DNA of 64,000 bases from Zancudomyces culisetae HAW-14-8 (GCA_052426225.1 JBNJNM010000006.1:1612001-1676000), one strand, 5' to 3'; shown: positions 12,381-24,542, counted from the stretch's first letter. The notes: generated by a model not told the origin, from the letters alone. Program-made: numbers and translations.

Positions 12381-15300
12381 GTGTGTTTATTGCAACCTAT
12401 AACACTGGTTTTGCGTGCACTGGTTCTATTTCCCTATAAGTCTGTACTATATTCTTGAAGTACACTTGCATTGAGCATACTTGGTTACGCAAATTAGTTT
12501 TCGAGTATACGTATTCCACTTTTTTACATTATGCTCTGAATATACAACTATATATAAGCATATATCCGTTGTATTTTTTTCTCGTCGTAGCATCCAACAC
12601 TGGTACTAAATAAAATCCTTTTTTGCGTTCACATTAAATTATGCTTACTCTTCTCCTCCAGCTATATATGTTTAAATCGTACCCTTTTTCCTTTTTATGA
12701 CAAAAAGGGTAATATTAAATGGAATAAATATACGTAAAAACACAAGTCAGCTCGGTGTCTCTACCAGATTTTCTACAGAATTAACAAAGTCATATGTTTC
12801 TTTTACCACTAAATTATTTGCAAATTAGTACAAATAAATAAATTTGGCATCAAGCATGTTCATTACGGCAAATGAAAGCTAAATGATGCAATGTGTTATG
12901 TGTGCAAACTGTGAAAATTGTGCAGATTGGGTGATTTTGCCAAGGAGAAACCCCTTTCCTTCTCATCTCACCGCATCCCCAGTTCCCTATAACAACTATC
13001 AGTTTTCCTTAGAAACTAATTAGAGCTTGTGACCCTTTCAAAATTCCCACAACAATAATAGTGAAAGCCATTTGTGTTTTTTAGATTTGTAATGGCAGAA
13101 GCAAAGGGTCAAATTGGATTTTTTTCTAATTTTTTGTCTAATTGGCCTCTATAGAACCCTATACTGATGAAAGATAAAGATAATGGTGGTGTTGGTGGGG
13201 AGGAGTTTTCAATTCAAATAAAAGACAATGCAGGATTGGAAAAGAAAAATGGGGCCTCGTTTAGGCAGTAACGGGAATGAATGGTTAACATTATCCATAT
13301 TTGGAATTCAGACACCCACTTATTATACCCCCCTTTGCCACTCGCTACTCGCTAATCTTTGGTCTTTTGTTTTCTCTTTTAGCATGATTGTAGGGAATAA
13401 TGCATCAAATAACAGGAAAATTGTAAAGATGTCGTCATTTTCAACTACCTTTCTCTCCACCAACAATTGATAAGTTTGGTCTTCCATAATCAACCGAAAT
13501 ATCATATTTTATTTTGCGCTCTTGAAATGTAAACAATCTCTAGGCAAATAGAATCGTAATCACTAGATAAAAAAGCAGAAAATTGTAAAACGGAACTGAC
13601 ACTAGTACACACTAATGCTCTGGCACTTTGTCAATACGATTCCACTCATCCAACCTCCCCCCCCCCCCTCCTCCCCTACTCCGCTCAGTGTACTAAGGAA
13701 AAAAAGTAACATGTGCTATACTGTTCTGCTAAACTGAATAGGTTGTCTATTCGTGGATACTATTTTTGTATTGACATATTCCCATAAGCTCGCTAGGAAC
13801 AAAATACTAATAGTAAGCTAAATTCGGATTTAATCAGCTCATTCCTAGTTGATGTTTATAATATTCAAAAATACGTTAAATCCCCAATACGAATGTCTGC
13901 CAAAACACATTGCGAGTGTTGCAAGAATATGCTTTGTTTTCAGATTAATGTGACTTATCTGCGAAATAATACTTGATTATTGTAATTCATAAGTTGCGTG
14001 TAGTAGATTGACTCTTTCCATCATTCACAAACCTGTTGCGTGCTAATTATTTCCGAGAAAAATGTCCCATGTTGGGAAGTAAAGCAGCTGACCTTCAACG
14101 CCATGTATGTGATGTACGCATGAATAAAACTCTTGTTAGCGGGGAGAAATATGCATAGCGATAGAGAATAAAGTCACGCACGTGACAAAGCACCCCCGCC
14201 AACTAAGCTTCTTGGGGATTTGGAGATAGTTCCGGCAAATTAATCCATTTTATTTTAATCCACTCGGTTTAATAGGCGAATAACGTGTGGTAGTTCTAGA
14301 GTTTTTGTTATCGATAAGACTCCTCTTGTAGCTTGCTATCGATAGTATTTACACGTTTCTTTTCCAGAAATCACATTTTTTTTCGTTAAATTAATTCCTT
14401 TTCAGAGTTGAACTAATAAAACCAATTTGATTGTATTAGGATGTTCATAAAGAAAAGAATGTTTCTTTTGCAAGGGTCAGACCCGGCCATCAGCTTTAGA
14501 TATAGAATTCGTATTTAGATGCGTTTATCATGATAATATTGTCAGTCTGTACTCTCAGGCGGGATGGTGATGGCAGCGTAGTAATTTACCTTGCAGCTAA
14601 ACGTTGGTCCTTTAAACAACTATACCCATGCACATTGAAGAGTGAAAAGGTATAAACACAACGACTATTCTGTACACGAAGGGATCTTCTTCTTGGTATT
14701 AAGATGTAGCCCCTATCCTTTGCTGTTTGTGCGCCTCACAGAGTGAGTAAAAAAAAATGATGATGCTTCACTGTTTTGGATTTTAGAGTATTTTTAGAAA
14801 TTTTGTTTTTCAGAGTTCTAATGAGATGATTTTATTTTTTGTTCTCATCAAAGCGGGAAAAACTAAGCTAAGTGAGTTGAGTTTGACCAAAGCCGCATCT
14901 TTGTCGATTCCGCGGTAAAAATCGACCATCAACGCACCATAGGAAAAGCTCGGAAGTAAATAAAGGTGCAGTTATGTTCTCCATGTGTAAATCATTATTG
15001 CTAAAAAATATATTTCTGGTTCAAGCAAGAGCAAATTGGATGAATGAAACAAGCTAAAAGGAATCTTACCACTTTGGGTAACGATAATAACTCTCATTGA
15101 AAAAGCTAATCAAAATAACTGGGATCACTCTAATCATTGTGGGCAAAAACTTTTATAAAATATAGCGTTGCTGACGGAGCAAAATCCCATATGATTTCAA
15201 TAGAAGGGGATGGTGCGACTGACTTTTTCGCACACAGATACATCCAAATCAACAACATGAATAAATAGGATCCAATAGTCTTTTGTAAATTTGAGATATT

Positions 15301-15394
15301 GCAGAAATATTTATAGGGTGCAGTATATACTAAAGAACATTGGCTAGGGCATTTGGAATTGCCGAGTTTCAATCCATTACCAAGAGCAGCAAAC

Positions 15395-15710
15395 CAAATA
15401 TAATGGATAATCCCTCTCATGTCTCCTCAGATGGTTAAAGGCATTGTTTGTAGCAGTAAATCTTACAGACCCACTGATAATGCGTGTTTAGCAGCAAGAC
15501 CCTTCACAAAAAAAAAACAAACAGACCAACCAGCAACAGTGTTATTGATAAAAGGAGAAGCAAAGTTATTTGATTTATTGGACAATTCTCAATTTTCAGT
15601 AATGAGAGCAAAAGAAAAACAAAAATTGTTAATGCAAAGATGCATTCGCCAGTCACGAGTCATGTGCCCATTTATTATTTTTTTTGAAGACACAGGATGC
15701 CTTATCTCTA
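15395..15710 (+). pseudogene. Possible decayed AAA+ ATPase fragment
   Basis: QI*WIIPLMSPQMVKG..YRPTDNACLAAR..LLIKGEA..RQSRVMCPFIIFFEDTGCL follows the motif order of an AAA module, with degenerate Walker A/B and an in-frame stop. Confidence 0.3.
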
Positions 15711-16094
15711 CGCTTAATGTCATCTTCCACTCAATTCTCTGGTACTCTGTACTCGGCTATTTCAGCTTTGTTTTTGCGGTTTGCGAATAGGAGGTTCGAA
15801 ATATAAAAATCTTCCAGAATGGTGGCTTGGATTTTGCAAACACTACAGATACGTGAGCAGTGTAATTAATAGTAGTCGTTAGTATTGATGCTTCAGAACA
15901 CACGCCTACCCACACCAATTCTCATCCTCTTCTCCATATGTGTGAACCAACAAAAAAAATTTAAAAAGCCTTACCAAGACATGATGATATTTAAGCTCAT
16001 GGGTTTGAGTTTTATCTTTCATTAAATTAAAACTTCACTTTTTAACACAAAAGAAATACCAAAAACAAAGTTTACAACCCTCTAAAAAAAAAGA

Positions 16095-18068
16095 ATGGTT
16101 AACGAAACACCATGGCAAAACCAAGATGTGAATGTAGAGCGTACTCAGGCACCTCCATATTCACAAGAACAGTACCAGGATGCTGGAGCTACAAGGGCTC
16201 CTGCTTCAGGTAGAAGCCAGGCGTATATGGATGCTTTGAAACAAAGAAACATGGGAACGGGTGATAGAGGACCAAACATAGGTAAAGATGAGCCTGCTGA
16301 TGGAATGAATGGTTCAACGAGAAGAGCAAGTCAATACCAAACTGGAGAAACAACCGGACAAGCAAATGGTGATCTTAACCCAGATGATATACTGCGTATC
16401 TCAAACTATCCAAAATCAGCCAAAGATCTTTTGGTTGCACCTCAGCTCCGCATCGACACCATAAAGGGGCTTATTGATTATTATTTGACGTTTTTCAAAA
16501 AGTATGTGAAAGTTGAGAACAGTTATGTGAATAAAATTAAAAGAATGAACAAATCTACAAATCCAGTTGATGTAACCAGAAAGAAGTTCAGAAGGAAAGG
16601 AAGTGGAAACAGAGATGCAGAAGATGCTATTATTCAAGGAGAGGGAACAGGAGTCCCATACATCACAGAAAAGTTTAGAACATTCCAAACTAGAATGCTC
16701 AATGTTCATGAAGAGAAGATAGACGACATCAAGAAGAATATTATTCCCGACCTTAAAAGATTGAGAAGACAGGTCTCAAAGTACGAAACCAAATTTATCA
16801 AAGTTATTAGCAAGGAGTATGGAGCCATGTCAAGTCAGGGAAAGCAAATAGATAAGGGCATAAACAAGCTTCGTAACCAAGTGGTTGATAAAAGTGTGAA
16901 CACTAAGAAGCAGGATGATCCTATTTTGCACAGGAACGAGTTGGAGAAAAATCTCAAAAAGCAGGAAGAAACTGAAGAAAAATTCCAGAAGACTTTGAAT
17001 GTGGAGTTGGAGAAAATTCACGAATGGGAGTCTAAAGTTGTTCGCAAAATAAGCGATCTCATTGACTCTTATTTCACGATCAAAACCAACGAGTGTAAGA
17101 ACCTTGAAGTTGTTATTGCTGAAAATCGTGAAGAGTTGAAAAACTTTAATTACCAAGATGAGTGGGCAAAATTCCAAAACCACATCCACAATGGAGTGAC
17201 TGACTATTCTGACACCACAAGAAGACATAGTACTGAAATAAGAAGGCTCTCAGACAAGAACATCGATGTGCTTTCGGTTGTTGCCGAGGGGCCAATCAAA
17301 ATGAAAAGCGGTCTCTTAAAATCAATGCACGATTTTTATGGTGTAATGACTGTTTCCAAGTACTTGCATCTGTACAAAAACCAAAAAGAATATGAGGACA
17401 AGAGTGATCCTGTTCATTCATTCTATCTCCCAACCACCGAAATATATGTGAATCAAACCGATGGTAAGTTCGTGCTGTCCCATAAAAGAGCCTTGTTGCC
17501 AAAGAAAAAGCATTCATTTACCGAATCTGCTTTTCACCCTAAAATGCACGATGGTGTTTTACAAGCAGGAGAAAGGGGATCGGGCAGTGGAACTGGTAAT
17601 AAGCCGTGGTATGATATACTAGAATCAACCATAAACAGCGACTATAATAAACCTAGCCCTGTCGATGAGTTTATTAGAAGAAACTCGACTGTAGCCAGCC
17701 AGAGCTCCCAATTCCAGGCCCCACCTCAAGAGCAAGCTCAATACCAAGATCAATATCAAGCTCGATATCAAGCTCAACCAGAACCAGAGAAAAGATTTGT
17801 AGAAGAAAAAAGACCTATGCAAGAGACCAGTGAGTCAGCTATAAAAGAAGAAGAACCCGAAAATAGATTTGCACAAGAGACCAGTGAGTCAAATATAAAA
17901 GAAGACGAACCCGAAAATAGATTTGCACATGATATCAGAGAGTCGAATGTAGAAGACGAACCCGAAAAAAGCGAAACAGCCGAGAGTTCTGAGTATGAAC
18001 AAGCCCCTACCTTCTCTTCTCATCATTTTCATATGGAACTGGAGGACCCTTTTAGAGAGGCTCATTAA
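16095..18068 (+). CDS. Slm1/Slm2-like BAR-PH domain protein, 657 aa
   Basis: Long helical coiled-coil region followed by a PH domain (EGPIKMKSGLLKSMHDFYGVMTVSKYLHLYK..PVHSFYL..WYDIL) resembling the Slm1-type LKSY..YYVLT..LHEFK. Acidic repeat tail. Confidence 0.7.
   Translation: MVNETPWQNQDVNVERTQAPPYSQEQYQDAGATRAPASGRSQAYMDALKQRNMGTGDRGPNIGKDEPADGMNGSTRRASQYQTGETTGQANGDLNPDDILRISNYPKSAKDLLVAPQLRIDTIKGLIDYYLTFFKKYVKVENSYVNKIKRMNKSTNPVDVTRKKFRRKGSGNRDAEDAIIQGEGTGVPYITEKFRTFQTRMLNVHEEKIDDIKKNIIPDLKRLRRQVSKYETKFIKVISKEYGAMSSQGKQIDKGINKLRNQVVDKSVNTKKQDDPILHRNELEKNLKKQEETEEKFQKTLNVELEKIHEWESKVVRKISDLIDSYFTIKTNECKNLEVVIAENREELKNFNYQDEWAKFQNHIHNGVTDYSDTTRRHSTEIRRLSDKNIDVLSVVAEGPIKMKSGLLKSMHDFYGVMTVSKYLHLYKNQKEYEDKSDPVHSFYLPTTEIYVNQTDGKFVLSHKRALLPKKKHSFTESAFHPKMHDGVLQAGERGSGSGTGNKPWYDILESTINSDYNKPSPVDEFIRRNSTVASQSSQFQAPPQEQAQYQDQYQARYQAQPEPEKRFVEEKRPMQETSESAIKEEEPENRFAQETSESNIKEDEPENRFAHDIRESNVEDEPEKSETAESSEYEQAPTFSSHHFHMELEDPFREAH
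17820..17970 (+). repeat. Intragenic 54-bp tandem repeat (~3 copies) encoding QETSES-IKE-EPENRFA
   Basis: Units start at 17820, 17874 and 17928. The first two are nearly identical; the third is diverged. Confidence 0.9.
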
Positions 18069-18361
18069 GATGTATCTAGCTATAGCTATAGCAACAGCTA
18101 CAGCTACTTTTCAAAGTATTTTTCAGAAAATATTTATTTTTCCTATTTCTTGTTTTTCTTTAGTAAGTATACTGTATTAAATAAACCCACAAATTAAATG
18201 AATGCAGTCCGTTTACTCGGAAAACCGGATGAGTTGTTTTTCGTTATCCCCATTAAAGAAAAGAAGGGCGGGTAATTGAGGTTGGTGGTTTGCAGAAAAG
18301 TGTACTCTGTGACAAAGAGGGGAAAAGATGGTATTCAAAATTGAAGTATAATGCTAAGTCG

Positions 18362-18450
18362 CTGTGGCTGTGGCTGTAATTGTATTTGTGGTTGTGGTTG
18401 TAGTTCTGGAAGTGAAAGTGGAAGTAGAGGTAGAGGTAGAGGTAGAGGTG
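18362..18450. repeat. Hexamer microsatellite run (GTGGCT/GTGGTT/GTAGAG)n
   Basis: Directly visible compound simple repeats. Confidence 0.75.
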
Positions 18451-19910
18451 GATTGCCTACTATCCAAAGAAAGTAATCAATAACTTGTATATTAGCCGAG
18501 TAAAAACCAACTAATATCCCAGGCTGCTAAATATTCACAATTTCAGCTATTCTGAGCTGAACCCCCCCCCCCCACCACCACCACAAGGCTGCCACACAAT
18601 GTGTGCAAGTGTACTACAAAGGTGAGGTATTACAATTATGTGCACGTATTTGTATCTAATCTGGGAATGGAACTACTACATGAGAAACATATACACATCC
18701 CTTTGACAAAACTCTGGAAATTTCTAGATGCAGCAACATTGAGTTGTTTTAACTAATTGCCAAAGAATTCCGAAATTATCCGCAATATTAGTCACAATTC
18801 ATCATCATGAACTGGAAAGTGAGAGAGTTGTGGGAACAAACAATAAAAATCTTTAGGTGGGCTTTTTTATTCTGCTAGGATGTCCCTGGCGTTGTTGAGC
18901 TGGACATATCGTGTAGTTACATGTTGTCAAGCGATCCACACCAACGTCTGTGGTTCGGAAGCTAATGCAAAACGTCAACCAAAGTGGGTCCAGAAACTCG
19001 CTTTTTTAACGGCTTTTGTTTTCGTACATAAACATCAGCCACTGAGAATACAAACCAATCCAAAAAATAGTTCACAAGTAAAGCGATTTTCAGTTCAATT
19101 CTTCAACTGATTCAACCAGCATAGAAACAAAAAAAAAGGGGATGTTAAAAAAAAATTTTATCAGCACAATCTGACCAATTGGTTGTTTGGCTAAATCCTT
19201 AATTAAGATTTTGATAGCTATCCAATCCCAGCTTTCAGAATTGGTATAGAAAAAGCTTATTTTATAATTGTTTTTGTAAATATGTTTGCGCAAATGATAA
19301 TTCGTTAATTGTAAGCCTAAATGCTTAGTAATCAATGAGGAAGTGCAAATCGGAAAGCCAAAGTTAAATGCAAAAGATTAAAGAGATAGCAAATGACATT
19401 GCTAAATGGTAGGAATATCGGAGCATAGAGCTGATTCTAACTGGGTGGTTTTTGCCCTTTTTTGTCATATACCGCTTTTTCACTAAAGGGAGAGAAAAAG
19501 AATAAAAACAAAAAGGTAGATATCAGGGGGTTATTGCATCATAATTTACAGGGATTGTTTGTTATTTTTTTTTAGACCTGAAAGCGAGGCAAATATAAAA
19601 GATAAATAAATTCTTTTTTTTGTACATTTGAGATCTGAGGTTACGCTTTATAAACTAAATAATAAAGAATATTCTTGATACCTCGAAGAGGAAAAGAAAC
19701 CGGTTTAACAACAGGCTAGAGATTTAGTGAATAGACGTATAGAATAGATTTCAATAAGACTCAGAAAGCGGTTAAAAAGAAACCCATACAGAGAAGAGGA
19801 AACATACAGGGTATATATATAAAAAACAAAAACAAAAAAGAAAACATATAATCACTACGCACATTCGTTTTGCTTGTGCCTACTATAATTTCAAAAAGTC
19901 GTTGAGCAGA

Positions 19911-22900
19911 ATGGATAAATATTTTGGTGGTGTAGACGTAACCAAGTGCCACTACAAGGAAGGGTGGGGCCCATTTGGTGGGTATGAAAACCTCGACTTT
20001 ACACTGTGCTTTGAATACTTGGCTATCTTATTACCACTACAGCTGATATTTATTTTCATCGGGTATCTAAGTATAAGGGAGCTGAGAAGACAATCGACGC
20101 AAATACAACTACAGAGAAATTCGAAAGCATTTCTCACAAAAAAAATCCTTGCATCATTTTTGCTGATTCTTAGTATAATAAAGGGAGGGTATATGCTAAA
20201 GTCTAATAAAAAGGTGATAGGTGCCGTGGAACTTATTCAGCTTGTGGAAATAGTGACACTTGTTGTTATTGTAAGACTTCAGCACTTGAGCGATACAAGA
20301 AGTCTGTACTCATCAAAAGTTTTACAATTCTACTGGTTGTTAACCATGCTAGCAAAATTGGTCATGGGACATACAGCGCTTAGACTAGATGGATACAACT
20401 CTGGATATATAAAACTAGCTGCATTGATTTTGGAGGTATTGGTGCCAGGAATATTGTTAAGAAAAGAGATTGTGAAAGGCAGAAACGTGCAGCATTTTTA
20501 TCTGGGAGAATCGGATGATGAAAGTGAGGTTACTGAGGAAAAAGCAGAAATAAGTCCAGAAGACAGTTCAAATATCTTCACAATGCTATCTTTTTCGTGG
20601 ATGTGGCCCCTGATAAATCTAGGGAGCAAGAGAGATCTAAAAAAAGATGACATGTATGCATTACCACAGGAATACCAGACAAAAAACACATCAGATGCCT
20701 TTTGGGGAAATTGGAGTAAAGAAAGAGGAACCGGAAGAAACAATCTGATTATTGCACTGCTAAAAACATACGGGTTTGGATATGGAATTGCAGGTATTTT
20801 GAAGCTAGCATTTGATGTTCTGCAATTTGTTCAGCCAGTTTTGTTGAGAAAATTGATTAATTTTGTAAACTCACAAAATGGTCAAGATGGAATTAGTACT
20901 CAGCCATTTGCATATGGAATATATATATGTGTGGCGATCCTTGTTTCATCAGTAGTTCAAACATTTATACTGCATCAATATTTCAGTATGGCGATGATGA
21001 CAGGAGTGGGTGTGCGAACAGGGCTAAGTACGGCTATATATAAAAAGACAATGAAAATGTCATTGAGTGCGAGTTCCAAGTATACTACAGGGTATATAGT
21101 GAATAGAATGTCGATTGATGCACAAAAGATATCTGACTGCAGCAATTATGGACATATAGTGTGGTCAGCACCAGCACAGATCACAATGGCGATGTACCTG
21201 CTGTTTGATGTACTTGGATGGACCACATGGGTTGGTGTGCTTGTGATGATATTTTCAATTCCAGCAAACACATGGATGACCAAGAAACTGCGAAAGGTGC
21301 AAATGATGAAGATGAAGAATAGAGACAATCGAATGAACCTTATCGAGGAGTCATTGAGTGGAGTTAAGATTCTGAAGCTGTATGCGTGGGAGAATGAGTT
21401 TTTGAACAGGATCAGACATGTGAGAAATACGCTGGAGATTACAACACTCAAGCTGTTTGGGTTGTACCTTAGTTACTCTAATGTTGTGGTGGTGATTGGG
21501 CCATTTTTGGTGGCATTGCTAACGTTTGCGGCATATGCACTGTTTGATGGCGAGTCAAGAGGCCCACTGAACGCCGAACTTATATTTGTATCGCTTGCGC
21601 TGTTTAATTTGTTGAGGTTCCCATTGAGTATGTTGCCATCTGTGATTACTAGTTTGGCCGAGGCGACAGTGGGAGTTGAGCGGATTAAGGAGTATTTGAT
21701 ATGTGAGGAAATTGCGACTGATGGAATCGCCAGGTTTGGATATGACAGAAAAACAGAAAATGGAAAATCCAAGACAAAGACAAAGACGAACTTGGTAGAG
21801 ATTGAAAAAGCAGATTTCTACTGGGATATCAATAGCAACAACGCGATACTGTCGAATGTTAGCATGAAGCTGGAAAATGATGAGTTGATGGCGGTGGTTG
21901 GACGAGTAGGTAGTGGAAAGTCATCGTTGATTTCAGCAATCTTGGGAGAGATGCAGGTTAAGAATGGGAGTGTTACGACTAGGGGAACACTTGCATATGC
22001 AGCACAACAGCCTTGGATTATGAACGCAACAGTGAGAGAAAACATTTTATTTGGGTACAAATACGACAAGAAGTTTTATGAACAAACAATCAAGGCGTGT
22101 GCTTTAGAACCAGATCTGGAGATGATGGCAAACGGAGATCTTACAGAGATAGGAGAGCGAGGAATCAATTTATCAGGAGGACAAAAGGCGAGAATTTCAC
22201 TGGCAAGAGCAGTATACTCACGTGCAGACATATATTTGTTTGACGACCCACTTGCAGCTGTAGATGCACATGTAGGAGAGCATATATTTGAAAATGTTTT
22301 GGGACCAAATGGAATGTTGAAAACAAGATGTAGAGTGCTAGTAACCAACGCAATCCCATATTTGCACCAATGCCATTCTGTAGCGCTTTTGAAGGATGGA
22401 GTATTGGCGGAAGTAGGAAAGTTTGAAGAGCTAAATAAAAGAGAGAATGGATTGTTAAGGGCTTTGGTGAAAGAATTTGGAAAGCACAACGCTGGAGAAT
22501 CAGCACTTTCCAGACAAGCAAGCCAGGTTAATATAGTAGAAAATGGTAATGGTAGTGGAGTTGATTTTTCGGATACTACAACAGTAGTTGGAGCAGATTT
22601 GAGACGATCATCGACATCATCGCTGCCCAGAGCAAGTATTGAAGCACATCTTTCAAGAAAAAACATTATATCATCAGCTGGAAAGTCGAATGAGGACGGA
22701 ACCGGAGGATTGGGGCAGCTAATGACAGTTGAGACATCAGAGACAGGAAAAGTCAAGTTCAGAATATACAAGGAATACATCAAGTCCTGTGGAGTTGTAT
22801 CGGTGTTGATATTTTTGGTATCAATGGTTTTGAACATTGTAGGCACGGTTGGAGGAAATTATTGGCTTAAGCTGTGGACAGACGATAGCGGGGCAGGAGG

Positions 22901-24542
22901 AAACAACAATGTGTATTATCTAACGGGATATGCACTATTTGGAGTCTTTACAGTGGTGTTTGTAAGTGTTAGAACATACGTACTATGGGCAGGATGTGCA
23001 GTTAACAGTGCAAAAATAAGTCATGAAAAAATGCTAGTTAGCGTATTTAACAGTCCAATGTCATTCTTTGATACCACGCCTATTGGAAGACTAATCAACA
23101 GATTCAGTAAAGACCAAAACACTATTGACGAAGAGTTGCCTAGCTCAATTATGTCATGGTTGCAGGTGTTGTTCCAAATGGTTTTCAGTATGGCTGTAAT
23201 AGCCCTCTCTTTACCTCTGTTCCTTATCATTGTTATTCCGCTCTCTTTTGTTTATATATTCCTGCAAAACATATACCTGCAGGTAAGCCGTGATTTGAAG
23301 CGGTTGGATTCAGTCTCAAGGTCGCCAATATATCAACAATTCCAGGAAACCATTGATGGAATCTCAACAATCCGTGCATTCAGACAAAACGGATGGTTCG
23401 TGTATGACAATTTGGATAGAATCGATACCAACCAGAAGGCTGTCTATGCCTATCTAGGCCTTAACAGATGGATAGCTGTGCGACTGGAATTGATGTCTGC
23501 TCTAATGATTTTTGCCATTGCAATCTCAGGTGTCTTTGTCCTCAGCAAAAGCACAAATTCAGCCAAAGCTGCCTCAACCATTGGTTTGTGTATGACGTAC
23601 GCTTTGAATGTCACCCAGTCATTGAATTGGTGTATCAGAATGTACTGCAAAGTCGAAACTGACATTGTATCTCTGGAACGCATTGATGAATATTCTCATC
23701 TTCCTTCAGAAGCACCTTATGTGATAGATGATGCTCGACCTGATCCAGAATGGCCAACCCAAGGAAAAATCGAATTCGTTGATTACAGTCTCAAATATAG
23801 AGCCGAATTACCTGATCGTGTATTAAAAAACATCAATGTAGGTATCAGCCCCAGCGAAAAAGTCGGAGTTGTGGGTCGAACAGGTGCTGGAAAAACCAGT
23901 TTAACCCTAGGCCTTTTCAGAATCATCGAACCATTCGAAGGTCGGATTCTGATTGATGACCTGGATATCACCAAGATTGGACTGTACGATTTGAGATCCA
24001 GAATCTCCATCATTCCCCAAGATCCTGTTCTCTTTTCTGGATCTGTGCGCTTTAATTTGGATCCTACATCCTGCGAAACTCCAAGTAGCCTCGACTCTGC
24101 CAGACGTACCAATACAAGATCCGACGACGATTTATGGCGTGCATTGGAATTGACTGGGCTTAAATCGTATGTTCAGTCATTAGATGGCCAGCTAGATGCA
24201 ACTGTACAGCAAGGCGGTACAAACTTTAGTGTCGGACAGCGCCAGTTGATGTGTCTAGCTAGAGCCTTGGTCAAGAACTCCCGCGTCATTGTCATGGACG
24301 AAGCTACTGCCGCCATCGACCCTGAGACTGATAACTTGATCCAGAATTTGATTCGCTCCCAGTTTAAAGAAAACACAATTATCACTATTGCCCATCGTCT
24401 AAACACAGTCATGGATTCCGATCGGATTTTGGTATTATCAAAGGGCCAAGTTGTCGAATTTGACAAACCTGCCACTCTTTTGGAAGACCCCAATGGTGCT
24501 TTCTATGGGTTTGTAAACTCTCAACAACACAGTTCTGAATAA
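19911..24542 (+). CDS. YCF1: ABCC/MRP-family ABC transporter (Ycf1-like), ~1543 aa, intronless
   Basis: TMD0 (WGPFG..DFTLCFE), NBD1 (GRVGSGKSS, LSGGQKARISLARAVY, LFDDPLAAVDAH), NBD2 (GRTGAGKTS, FSVGQRQL, MDEATA, TIAHRLNT). First ATG at 19911. Confidence 0.9.
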   Translation: MDKYFGGVDVTKCHYKEGWGPFGGYENLDFTLCFEYLAILLPLQLIFIFIGYLSIRELRRQSTQIQLQRNSKAFLTKKILASFLLILSIIKGGYMLKSNKKVIGAVELIQLVEIVTLVVIVRLQHLSDTRSLYSSKVLQFYWLLTMLAKLVMGHTALRLDGYNSGYIKLAALILEVLVPGILLRKEIVKGRNVQHFYLGESDDESEVTEEKAEISPEDSSNIFTMLSFSWMWPLINLGSKRDLKKDDMYALPQEYQTKNTSDAFWGNWSKERGTGRNNLIIALLKTYGFGYGIAGILKLAFDVLQFVQPVLLRKLINFVNSQNGQDGISTQPFAYGIYICVAILVSSVVQTFILHQYFSMAMMTGVGVRTGLSTAIYKKTMKMSLSASSKYTTGYIVNRMSIDAQKISDCSNYGHIVWSAPAQITMAMYLLFDVLGWTTWVGVLVMIFSIPANTWMTKKLRKVQMMKMKNRDNRMNLIEESLSGVKILKLYAWENEFLNRIRHVRNTLEITTLKLFGLYLSYSNVVVVIGPFLVALLTFAAYALFDGESRGPLNAELIFVSLALFNLLRFPLSMLPSVITSLAEATVGVERIKEYLICEEIATDGIARFGYDRKTENGKSKTKTKTNLVEIEKADFYWDINSNNAILSNVSMKLENDELMAVVGRVGSGKSSLISAILGEMQVKNGSVTTRGTLAYAAQQPWIMNATVRENILFGYKYDKKFYEQTIKACALEPDLEMMANGDLTEIGERGINLSGGQKARISLARAVYSRADIYLFDDPLAAVDAHVGEHIFENVLGPNGMLKTRCRVLVTNAIPYLHQCHSVALLKDGVLAEVGKFEELNKRENGLLRALVKEFGKHNAGESALSRQASQVNIVENGNGSGVDFSDTTTVVGADLRRSSTSSLPRASIEAHLSRKNIISSAGKSNEDGTGGLGQLMTVETSETGKVKFRIYKEYIKSCGVVSVLIFLVSMVLNIVGTVGGNYWLKLWTDDSGAGGNNNVYYLTGYALFGVFTVVFVSVRTYVLWAGCAVNSAKISHEKMLVSVFNSPMSFFDTTPIGRLINRFSKDQNTIDEELPSSIMSWLQVLFQMVFSMAVIALSLPLFLIIVIPLSFVYIFLQNIYLQVSRDLKRLDSVSRSPIYQQFQETIDGISTIRAFRQNGWFVYDNLDRIDTNQKAVYAYLGLNRWIAVRLELMSALMIFAIAISGVFVLSKSTNSAKAASTIGLCMTYALNVTQSLNWCIRMYCKVETDIVSLERIDEYSHLPSEAPYVIDDARPDPEWPTQGKIEFVDYSLKYRAELPDRVLKNINVGISPSEKVGVVGRTGAGKTSLTLGLFRIIEPFEGRILIDDLDITKIGLYDLRSRISIIPQDPVLFSGSVRFNLDPTSCETPSSLDSARRTNTRSDDDLWRALELTGLKSYVQSLDGQLDATVQQGGTNFSVGQRQLMCLARALVKNSRVIVMDEATAAIDPETDNLIQNLIRSQFKENTIITIAHRLNTVMDSDRILVLSKGQVVEFDKPATLLEDPNGAFYGFVNSQQHSSE

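Noticed and set aside
22076-22846. Long antisense ORFs (also 30615-31241, 51533-52150, 58224-58886, 59979-60614)
   Set aside because: Shadow ORFs opposite real genes, caused by codon bias and low complexity.
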